From NCBI RefSeq assembly GCF_000009705.1, contig NC_003272.1, forward strand, positions 810,001 to 842,000: 32,000 nt of DNA, written 5' to 3'. Shown here piece after piece: positions 1 through 8,600 of this stretch. The stretch's first letter is position 1, and every line of letters starts with the position of its first letter. Below the pieces are notes generated by a model that worked only from the letters and a program-made list of their open reading frames with translations, was not told where the DNA came from and made no database searches. A program made the translations under genes and the position numbers. Source of the stretch: Nostoc sp. PCC 7120 = FACHB-418 (GTDB lineage Bacteria; Cyanobacteriota; Cyanobacteriia; Cyanobacteriales; Nostocaceae).

Positions 1-8
1 TATGTTTA

Positions 9-1856
9 TTGCTAGCACTAATATCAGGGGTGATTTGTGCATTTGCAGGTGGTTATCTGGGATTTTTACTGGTAAATCCGAATTGGTTAAATAAAGCAAC
101 TGGTCTATTACTGATGGTGGGATTTGCCATCTTTTTTACAGTTGGTGTTAGCAAAAGTTTAACGGACGCTTTTTATGTTTCAGGGCTTTTATTGATTTTG
201 GCGTTTACAGGCGGTGTATTAACATCGGGGTCTGGAACTGGCAGTGGTGCGGGATATTTTGCCTTTTCCATGATTGGTATGCTCACAGGTGTCATGCTTG
301 GAGCTATAGCTATTGCGGAAGCCTGGGATTTGTTTGGGACTTTCACCGTGCTTGGTGTTTTGCTGTCCACAATATTCGGTGCGTTGATTTATTCAACGAT
401 GGGAAGAGGTGCGGTAGTTGAGGCGAGATTTCTAGCGTTGGTATTTGCATTGATATTTATCGGATTTTCCACTTATATTGGTCACCGGATATTAAAAAAT
501 CATGAAATAGATGGGTGGATGCGTACTATTTTGATTTTTCTAGCAACGATAGGAGGGACAAACTTTCGTAATGCTAATTTGACTGATGCTAACTTTACGG
601 GATCTATACTTAAAAGTACAGATTTGAGAAAAGCGAACCTGACACGTACTAGTTTCCACAAAGTTAATCAACTTGACCGTGTACTTCCTGGTTTCACTTA
701 CCTACAAAACACGAAAATACACCAACTATTAATCACAGGACAAGGACAAGAGCAGCAGCTTGAGCGTCAAGATTTACGCGGAGTTAACTTACAGGGTGCA
801 AACTTAGCAGATGCTAATTTTATCGGTGCAGACTTGAGCCAAGCCAACTTACAAGACGCAGATTTATCTAGAGCAAAGCTGGTACAAACCCAACTGGACG
901 GTACAGATTTCACCGGTGCAATTCTCACCGGAGCCTACATTGAAGACTGGGGGATTACTACCGATACCAAATTTGATGGCGTGCGGTGTGAGTATGTTTA
1001 TATGCGATTGCCTACTCAAGATAATCCAGACCCCCATCGTAAACCTGATAATCGCCAAGAAGTCTTTGCCGATGGAGAGTTTGGCGATTTTATTCAACCA
1101 ATTTTTGACACACTTGACTTATACCATAATCAGGGTGTTGATCCTCGTGCGATCGCCATTTCTTTTAAGGAACTAGCAGAAAATCACCCAGAGGCTGAAC
1201 TAGAAATAGTCGCAATGGAGAAACGCGGACAAGACAAAATTCTGTTACGAGCCAAAACCGCAACTCAGGCTGATAAATCCGAACTTAGTGCTGAATATTT
1301 CACTACATATAATCAACTACACACTTTAGCACAGCAAGAATTACAAGCGCTCATAGCCGAGAAAGATAGCAGAATTTCTGATTTACAAACTATGGTGATG
1401 ACAGCATTACAGCGTCCTAGTTTTTATGCCCAAACCTATCAAAATCAGGGGGATACCGTTATGTCCGAAAGCTCAAAACAAGTTTTTCATAACAGCCTAC
1501 CAAATGCCCAATTCGGGGGTGGTCTGGTAAATGCTGATACTGTAACCGGGCAGCAAATTGCCACTGGAAACATGACTAATAATAGCCCACAGCAAAAGCA
1601 GAATTTGGCCGCAGCCGCTACAGAAATTCAACAGTTACTCAATCAACTCAGCCAAACACACCCCACAACAACCACATCGGAAAAGATGACAGTTGTGGCT
1701 AAGGTTGTGGATGAAATTGAAAGCAATCCCACTTTAAAAGCGCGAGTAGTTGGCGCATTGAAGGCGGGAGGAATAGAAGCTTTTAAAGAGATGATAGATC
1801 ATCCCCTGGTAAATATTCTCTTGGCTTCAATCGATGGGTGGCAGGAGGCGGAGTAA
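9..1856 (+). CDS. Multi-TM pentapeptide-repeat protein. It has about 6-7 N-terminal TM helices, two blocks of A(D/N)LxX repeats and a Q/T-rich coiled-coil tail. The 5' end may be truncated by the window edge.
   Basis: 615-aa ORF. The N-terminus has hydrophobic segments (LALISGVICAFAGGYLGFLLV and others). Pentapeptide runs include NFRNANLTDANFTGSILKSTDLRKANLTRTSF and DLRGVNLQGANLADANFIGADLSQANLQDADLSRAKLVQTQLDGTDFTGAILTGAYI. The frame has no stop between position 3 and the TTG at position 9, so the true start may lie upstream of the window. Confidence 0.85.
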   Translation: MLALISGVICAFAGGYLGFLLVNPNWLNKATGLLLMVGFAIFFTVGVSKSLTDAFYVSGLLLILAFTGGVLTSGSGTGSGAGYFAFSMIGMLTGVMLGAIAIAEAWDLFGTFTVLGVLLSTIFGALIYSTMGRGAVVEARFLALVFALIFIGFSTYIGHRILKNHEIDGWMRTILIFLATIGGTNFRNANLTDANFTGSILKSTDLRKANLTRTSFHKVNQLDRVLPGFTYLQNTKIHQLLITGQGQEQQLERQDLRGVNLQGANLADANFIGADLSQANLQDADLSRAKLVQTQLDGTDFTGAILTGAYIEDWGITTDTKFDGVRCEYVYMRLPTQDNPDPHRKPDNRQEVFADGEFGDFIQPIFDTLDLYHNQGVDPRAIAISFKELAENHPEAELEIVAMEKRGQDKILLRAKTATQADKSELSAEYFTTYNQLHTLAQQELQALIAEKDSRISDLQTMVMTALQRPSFYAQTYQNQGDTVMSESSKQVFHNSLPNAQFGGGLVNADTVTGQQIATGNMTNNSPQQKQNLAAAATEIQQLLNQLSQTHPTTTTSEKMTVVAKVVDEIESNPTLKARVVGALKAGGIEAFKEMIDHPLVNILLASIDGWQEAE

Positions 1857-1860
1857 AAAA

Positions 1861-1892
1861 GCAGGGGAGCAGGGGAGCAGGGAGCAGGGGAG
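1861..1892. repeat. Short tandem repeat, GCAGGGGA x4 (one unit is 7 nt)
   Basis: Read directly: gcagggga gcagggga gcaggga gcagggga g, just after the pentapeptide gene stop. A further gcaggggagc copy sits at about 1960-1969. Confidence 0.9.
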
Positions 1893-1918
1893 AAAAACCA
1901 CCCACAAGGGGTGTTAGC

Positions 1919-1941
1919 GAAGCGGAACGTAGTTCGGCTTC
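1919..1941. terminator. Imperfect hairpin between convergent genes (possible bidirectional terminator)
   Basis: gaagcggaac-gta-gttcggcttc gives 9 of 10 stem pairs. It lies between the stop of the + strand gene (1856) and the stop of the - strand gene (1999). There is no clear U-tract. Confidence 0.35.
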
Positions 1942-1998
1942 AACCAAGGGAGCAAGAGAGCAGGGGAGCTATCGCCCACAAGGGGCGAGGTTTTAAAC

Positions 1999-2985
1999 CT
2001 AACTTCTCCTGATAAAAGGCTTTATGCTCACGGCTTCCTCAAACAATTTTTTCGGTAGTAAACCATGCACACCTTTATTGGGACTGTTGACAACTTGAGT
2101 TATGCGAAAATTCACGGCTAAACTACACAAAACATAGGCATCTTCTGGAGATAAATTGACGAAACGTTCCAGAAAATCAATCATATTTTTGAGGGCTTGT
2201 TCTAATGCTGCATCTAAAGTTGGTGCAAACCCCATTGTGATAATATCAGTCGGTGTTTCTGCAATGGGTGCGGTGAAGTGCAAATCTTTGCGTAGTGTTA
2301 GCTGGATACGACCATTCATCGAAGTTTCAATCGCAGTCACATTAACCTCGCCATCCCCTTGAGCTGAATGTCCATCACCAAGAGAAAATAAGCCACCAGG
2401 GACAAATATCGGCAAAAATATGCGAGAACCTGCTTGGAGTTCCCGGTTGTCAATGTTACCGCCATAATAGCCAGGGGGAACAGATGAGCGAGCATTTTCA
2501 GGAGTGGCGACACCAAGGATACCAAAAAAGGGGGTGAGGGGAATTTTGATACCACTATTTGGAGGAAATTCAGCTGTGTTGTTGGCTAAATTTAAGGGAA
2601 TAAATCTTAAAGCTGGTTGAGTAAACTGATTGGGTAAGGCTCCCCAACCGGAACGAATGGCATTAAACCCAACTGGTAGACTAGGTGCGATCGCCTCTAA
2701 TTTTACTTCTAAAACATCCCCTGGTTCAGCATCCTTGACATAAATTGGCCCCGTGAGTAAATGCGGACCGGCGGCAATTTTGCGTTCCGGTGGCAGATTT
2801 TGGCAGATGTCCAAAAATTCTGGTGTCAGAAACTCTGGTGGTGCTTTGTCATAAATGTAATAACCAGTGTAAGTTTCTACATCAATGGTGTCGCTAGAAT
2901 CAACTTTTAGTGCTGGTTCTAATAGATGAGAGAAACCGCCTAAATGGACGGTTGATTTGGTGGCTTTTAAGATGTGGTGAGTCAT
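1999..2985 (-). CDS. Acetamidase/formamidase family amidohydrolase (FmdA/AmdA family)
   Basis: 328-aa ORF with family-typical blocks: HLLTGPIYVKDAEPGDVLEVKLEAI and GGNIDNRELQAGSRIFLPIFVPGGLFSLGDGHSAQGDGEVNVTAIE. It starts 34 nt downstream of the histidine kinase gene on the same strand. Confidence 0.85.
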   Translation of the reverse strand: MTHHILKATKSTVHLGGFSHLLEPALKVDSSDTIDVETYTGYYIYDKAPPEFLTPEFLDICQNLPPERKIAAGPHLLTGPIYVKDAEPGDVLEVKLEAIAPSLPVGFNAIRSGWGALPNQFTQPALRFIPLNLANNTAEFPPNSGIKIPLTPFFGILGVATPENARSSVPPGYYGGNIDNRELQAGSRIFLPIFVPGGLFSLGDGHSAQGDGEVNVTAIETSMNGRIQLTLRKDLHFTAPIAETPTDIITMGFAPTLDAALEQALKNMIDFLERFVNLSPEDAYVLCSLAVNFRITQVVNSPNKGVHGLLPKKLFEEAVSIKPFIRRS

Positions 2986-3019
2986 CGCCGCTATGCTAAT
3001 TATTAGATATTTTCAATAA

Positions 3020-4420
3020 TCAAAACGGATTCCCATAATTTCGGTCTGATTCTTCCACAATAGGCAACTCAATACTAAATTCCGTTCCCCAAGCGGAATC
3101 GGACATCATATTAATTCGCCCATGATGGCTTTCGATAATTTGGTAACTAATGGATAACCCTAATCCTGTCCCTTGACCAATTGGCTTAGTAGTAAAGAAG
3201 GGATTAAATATTTGATGATGAATCTGGGCAGGAATACCGTTACCATTATCCTTGATGCGAATGGCAATGTAGCGATCGCTGAGTTTTTCTGTGCGAATCC
3301 AGATTCGACTAGAATAATTTTGTGTTGATTCTGGCGATGGGCTACCCCCTGATCGCAATTGTTCAGCTTCTTCTAAAGCATCAATCGCATTATTCAAAAT
3401 ATTCATAAATACTTGATTGATTTGCCCAGGAGAACAAAACACCAAAGGCAATTCACCATATTCTTTAATAACTTCAATCTTAGAATACTGAGTGCTAGGG
3501 TTGAAGCGGCTTTGTAAAATCATCAATGTAGCCTCTAAACCCTCATGAATATCAACTAGTTTGAAGGTTGCTTCGTCTAATCGAGAAAAGTTTCGCAAAG
3601 ATTTTACAATCTCAGCAATACGCTGGGAACCCATCATCATGGAAGAGAGTAAATTTTCGATATCTTTTTGAAGAAAATCAAGCTCCAGTGTTTCAATTGT
3701 CTCTTGAATAACTTTGCTTGGATGGGGATATTCTTGCTGATAAAGATGAATTAGGTTTAGCAAATCATCATAGTATTCACTGGCATAAGTCAAATTCCCA
3801 TGAATAAAGGTAATTGGATTATTAATTTCATGGGCAATTCCGGCAACTAACTGTCCTAAGCCGGACATCTTTTCTTTTTGGACAGATTCAAGAGCATTTT
3901 GTAATTTAATTAAAGTATGTTTTAAGGTTTCATTTGATTGCGCCAATTCTAGCTGAATGCGCTGACGCTGTTGAATTTCCTGACTCAGGGCATGAATTTT
4001 CTGGTTTAGCACAACAAATTCATTACCTTTTCGCTTTTCTAACCGCAGTAAATTAATAGCTGGACTATCGTGCGATCGCGGTTGGATAACTGCTCCTTGA
4101 CTACGACAAGCAATTCCTTCTCCTACAGCTTGGTGAATAGTAAAAGCACCCAAAATCATTTGCCGACTTTGGGCGCAAACTCGCAGATAGTCGCTCACTT
4201 TTTGGGGTGAATCAGTGACAAACTCACTCAACTGCTGACCAATCAGTGCTTTACTGGTTTTGCTAAACAGTTTAGTAGCAGCTTGATTGACTGCCAAAAT
4301 TTCCCCTGTGCTAGTTATAAGCACCAGAGGTTCTGGCAAAACCTGAGCAAAGGTTAAAAATTGATCGGGTGTCATGAGATTGAAGTATGGCAGCAGGATT
4401 TTTACCGTTGTCAAAAACAC
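3020..4420 (-). CDS. PAS-domain sensor histidine kinase (cytoplasmic, no receiver domain)
   Basis: 466-aa ORF with:
- a PAS-like N-terminal region
- a coiled-coil linker
- H-box AGIAHEINNPITF
- N-box QVFMNILNNAIDAL
- G1 DNGNGI
- F-box FNPFFTTK
- G2 GTGLGLSIS

The true start may be the internal Met of MTPDQF, 15 codons downstream. Confidence 0.9.
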   Translation of the reverse strand: MFLTTVKILLPYFNLMTPDQFLTFAQVLPEPLVLITSTGEILAVNQAATKLFSKTSKALIGQQLSEFVTDSPQKVSDYLRVCAQSRQMILGAFTIHQAVGEGIACRSQGAVIQPRSHDSPAINLLRLEKRKGNEFVVLNQKIHALSQEIQQRQRIQLELAQSNETLKHTLIKLQNALESVQKEKMSGLGQLVAGIAHEINNPITFIHGNLTYASEYYDDLLNLIHLYQQEYPHPSKVIQETIETLELDFLQKDIENLLSSMMMGSQRIAEIVKSLRNFSRLDEATFKLVDIHEGLEATLMILQSRFNPSTQYSKIEVIKEYGELPLVFCSPGQINQVFMNILNNAIDALEEAEQLRSGGSPSPESTQNYSSRIWIRTEKLSDRYIAIRIKDNGNGIPAQIHHQIFNPFFTTKPIGQGTGLGLSISYQIIESHHGRINMMSDSAWGTEFSIELPIVEESDRNYGNPF

Positions 4421-4581
4421 TAAAGGAGTAATAGTTAACAGACTCAGCCATGTTTTCGGGAATCAACTTCAGCTAAGACATACAGCAGGGAACAGAGAAT
4501 AGGCAATAGTGTTGAGGGTAGGGTATGGGGTGTAAGTCTTTCCACTTACTTATCCTGTATATATCTTATTTAAGACTACTA

Positions 4582-5142
4582 CTATGCTTTGAAGTATTCT
4601 TGTCCGGCAAACCCATCTAATGATTCGCTAGGTTTGAGATGAATGACGACTGTACATTCTTTTCCACCTCTGGCGATGGTGTCTTGTAACTCAACTCTGG
4701 CATAGCCCAGATTATCTGCTGCGATCGCACCAAAAATATTAGATGTCATGACACACATAGCTTCGCGCCCTTCTACCTGTTCTGCAAAAGGACATTTGCG
4801 ATTGCCTAAAACTATCTTTTCATCACTTTCTTCAATTACGTAAAAGTCACCTTGAATCCGGCGTTTCCAATCTACCAGGACAGCAGTTACCTGCTCACGC
4901 GAAAGATTAGATAGTTGCAAACCGTTATGATATATCTGATTAACTTGCTGTCCTGTTCGATAGCCGACTACATTCAAAAATCCTGCTGCCTCTTCAATAC
5001 CAACAACATCTTGTAAAGTTCCAGCCAATTCACGAATGATTGTGCGGAGAAATTGATCACGCTCAATTGGTAATTCTAAAGACTGTACTTGGTGGTCGAG
5101 CGGAGATGTTTGAATCATGATGAAGTTCCTGAAAATTGACAT
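4582..5142 (-). CDS. Small cytoplasmic ligand-binding/sensory-type protein, V4R-like or methanogen-output-domain-1-like
   Basis: 186-aa ORF. The C-terminal half has conserved cysteines in a V4R-like context: CPFAEQVEGREAMCVMTSNIFGAIAADNLGYARVEL...GGKECTVVIHL. It sits directly upstream of the PAS kinase on the same strand. The family assignment is from memory of similar cyanobacterial annotations and has not been checked. Confidence 0.55.
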   Translation of the reverse strand: MSIFRNFIMIQTSPLDHQVQSLELPIERDQFLRTIIRELAGTLQDVVGIEEAAGFLNVVGYRTGQQVNQIYHNGLQLSNLSREQVTAVLVDWKRRIQGDFYVIEESDEKIVLGNRKCPFAEQVEGREAMCVMTSNIFGAIAADNLGYARVELQDTIARGGKECTVVIHLKPSESLDGFAGQEYFKA

Positions 5143-5544
5143 AGAAGCTAAATCAATAGCATTTGGTGAAAGGAAAGTCAGCGAAGCCTCAAAATTTATT
5201 CCTTAAGTGCTATTGACATTCGACTAAGTTTAGTTTTCCCTGATCATCTGCAAAACTCACATCAACTTAGGCTAATACCGAATGGCACTGGCTATGGTTG
5301 TGATGCCATTCTTGATGAAATTCCTTAAATCCCCGTTTTCGAGGGTTTGTACAAAAACCCCAGCTAGTGATTGAAATCAGCAGCTACTGGATTATTAGCG
5401 GCAGTTACGGCAACAACAGCAGCAACAAGACGAAAATGATTTGAGTCTTTAAATGGTTTTAAAACTGAGTCTGCATTTCTCGAAATAGCCATTTTGTATA
5501 ATCCTGCATTGCTTGTAAGTGGTCACATAAGATACGCAAAAATG

Positions 5545-5558
5545 GTATAAATTTTTAC
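5545..5558 (+). promoter_or_regulatory. Candidate NtcA-type box, GTA-N8-TAC, 80 nt upstream of the first giant kinase gene
   Basis: GTATAAATTTTTAC was read directly. The motif is short and the context is AT-rich, so chance matches are expected (about 1 per 4 kb). I could not find a clean TAN3T -10 box about 22 nt downstream. Confidence 0.3.
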
Positions 5559-5624
5559 ATTTGTATAGAAGATTCAGTTAATCATTTGGGAACACTAAGT
5601 CCAAGCATTTTAAAGATTTAGGAT

Positions 5625-8600
5625 ATGACTAGCACTCTTGTTGAGAAGATTCCCGGCTATAACATCAACGAAGAACTCTATCATGGCTCCCGTACACTAG
5701 TTTATCGAGGTTATCGAGAAGTTGATCAACAAGCAGTAGTCGTTAAATTATTAAAAAACCCTTATCCCAGCTTTAACGAACTTTTGTTGTTTCGCAACCA
5801 GTATACAATTGCCAAAAATCTCAACTCCCCTTTGATAGTCCAAACCTACAGTCTAGAACCTTGCAAAAATGGTTATGCACTAGTTATGGAAGACTTTGGG
5901 GGGATTTCTCTTAAGGAATGGGGAACTAGAGAAACTCAACAATCTTTAGAAGAATTTTTAATGATAGCGATCGCCCTGTGCAATATATTAGATTTACTCT
6001 ATCATCAGCGCATTATTCATAAAGATATCAAACCCAGCAATATCTTAATCAACCCTCAAACCAAACAAGTTAAATTAATCGACTTTAGTATTGCATCTTT
6101 ATTACCAAGGGAAACCCAAACCCTCGTTAATCCTAATGTGTTAGAAGGAACACTAGGTTACATTTCCCCCGAACAAACAGGCAGAATGAATCGAGGGATT
6201 GACTATCGCACAGACTTCTACTCACTCGGCGTAACTTTCTACGAATTACTTACAGGTGGGTTACCTTTTGCCTCCAACGATCCAATAGAGTTGGTACATT
6301 CTCATATTGCCAAAATCGCACCATTAGCACACGAAATTAATTCAGAAATTCCATCTGTACTATCAAAAATTGTTAGTAAATTGATGGAAAAAAATGCCGA
6401 AGATAGATATCAAAGTGCCTTGGGATTGAAATTTGATTTAGAAAAATGTTTAATTCAGCTAAAAGAAACTGGTAAGATTGAGAGCTTTGATATTGCTAGT
6501 CGGGATGTGTGCGATCGCTTTATCATTCCTGATAAACTCTACGGACGGGAAAATGAAGTTCAGTCTTTACTCCAAGCCTTCGAGCGTGTTGCTGGCGGTA
6601 GTTCTGAACTGATGCTGGTGGCTGGTTTCTCTGGTATTGGCAAAACTGCGGTGGTGAATGAAGTCCACAAACCCATCACCCGACAGTGCGGCTATTTCAT
6701 CAAAGGGAAGTACGATCAATTCAATCGCAATATTCCTTTTTCAGCCTTTGTGCAAGCTTTTCGCAGCTTGATGGGACAAATCCTCAGTGCATCCGATATA
6801 GAACTAGCTCACTGGAAAGAGCAAATCCTGGCTACTGTTGGTGAAAACGGACAAGTTCTGATTGAAGTCATTCCCGAACTAGAATACATCATTGGCTCTC
6901 AACCGCCGGTGATTGAGTTAGTTGGTAGTGCTTCTCAGAATCGATTTAATCTGTTGTTTGGCAAATTTATTCGGGTATTTACGAAAAAAGAACATCCCTT
7001 AGTGATTTTTCTCGATGATTTACAGTGGGCTGATTCCGCTTCTTTGCATCTTTTAAAATTGTTGATGAGCGAGTCAGAAACAGGCTATCTACTCGTACTC
7101 GGAGCTTATCGGGATAATGAAGTTTTTCCAGCCCACCCGTTGATGCTAACCCTGAATGAGATTAGACAAACAGGTGTCAATCTCAATACTCTCATGTTGG
7201 CTGCTTTGAATGAATTAGATGTTACCTGTTTAGTTGCCGATACATTGCAGTGTGCAAATAATATTGCTGCACCGCTTTCGCATTTAGTCTACCAAAAAAC
7301 TCAGGGAAATCCATTTTTCACCATTCAGTTTTTGTACGGACTGCACGAGGAAGAATGTATTATTTTTAATCCTGCCTCCGGCTATTGGCAGTGTGATTTA
7401 ACCCAGGTGACACAGTTGGCACTGACGGATGATGTTGTGGAATTTACGATCCGACGATTGCAGAGGCTACCAGAAGCAACACAGCAAGTATTAAAACTAG
7501 CGGCCTGCATTGGCAATAGATTTGATTTAGAAACATTAGCGGTAGTCTGTGAAGCTACTCCAGAGAGTGTAGCAGCAGACTTGTGGCGATCGCTTCAAGA
7601 AGGGTTAGTGATTCCAGAAAACTCAACCTACAAGTTTTTCCAGGGAAAGGGACATGATGTAGAAACAGTTGATAACATTAGTGTTAGTTATCTGTTTCTC
7701 CACGACCGAGTACAGCAAGCCGCTTACTCTCTCATTCCTGAGACTTTGAGACAAGCAACGCACTTCCAAATTGGCAAACTTCTGCTTGCTAATGTTTCAC
7801 CAGAAGAACAAGGTAGCAAAATTTTTGCGATCGTTAATCACTTAAATGAGGGCTTGATACTGCATCAAAGCCAAGAAGAACGTTCAGAACTTTTACAGCT
7901 AAACTTAATTGCCGGGAGAAGGGCTAAAGAATCTACTGCCTATGGAGTTGCTGTTAACTATTTTACAGTAGCTCAAAGCTTGTTACCTCCAGATAGTTGG
8001 CAGCAATGTTATGAGAAGACCTTAGATGTTTATTTTAATCTCGCAGAAGTTAAGTATTTGTCTGGAGATTTTCAATCTTCTCTAGCCATTGTGGAAACGA
8101 TTTCTAGTTTTGCCAAACAACAAATTGATCGGGCTGAAGCCTTTAACCTAGCGATTTTGATGTTCACATTGCAAGGTCAGTACCTCCAAGCACTTGAGTA
8201 TGGACAAAAGGCATTGTCTTGCTTGAATTTTGATTTATCAGAAATAGACTTACCAGAGAAACTTGAATCTTATCAACGTGAGATTGAATTGAAATTAGGC
8301 GATCGCCCAATAGATCAGTTAGTCGATGAACCAGAGGCCACAGATCCGGAAAAACGCCTGATTATCAAAATCTTAAATAATTTAATCGTACCCGTTTATG
8401 TTCTCCAAAAGGGAGAGCTATACTTTGTCGTCGCCTTATCAATGGTTTCAGTATCTCTCAATTTTGGCGTAGTAGCTGAATCAGGAAACGGATTTTCAGC
8501 ATACGGAATGTATCTCGGATTTTATCAGAGAAATTATCAATCTGGCTATGAATTTGGAGTCCTGGCAGAAAGTTTAGCCAAACGATTTAAGCAAGCAGAA

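Noticed and set aside
173-1176. ORFs 173..370(-), 864..1097(-) and 916..1176(+), nested in the pentapeptide-repeat gene
   Set aside because: They lie entirely inside a long, motif-rich ORF in other frames. They have low-complexity or odd composition, no SD and no recognisable motifs, so they are shadow ORFs.
2156-2555. ORFs 2156..2362(+) and 2337..2555(-), inside the acetamidase gene
   Set aside because: They overlap a confidently identified CDS. They are short and have no independent signals.
5351-5360. Near-palindrome gggTTTGTACAAAaaccc in the 4582/5625 divergent intergenic region, considered as a transcription-factor operator
   Set aside because: It is a real 10-bp palindrome, but I cannot tie it to any known regulator consensus. 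It is not GTA-N8-TAC, and a Fur box cannot be judged by eye. I note it only as a possibility.
5282-5374. 30-aa hydrophobic ORF (MALAMVVMPFLMKFLKSPFSRVCTKTPASD) in the divergent promoter region
   Set aside because: It has no SD and no conservation evidence is available. At this length it is expected by chance in 480 nt of intergenic DNA.
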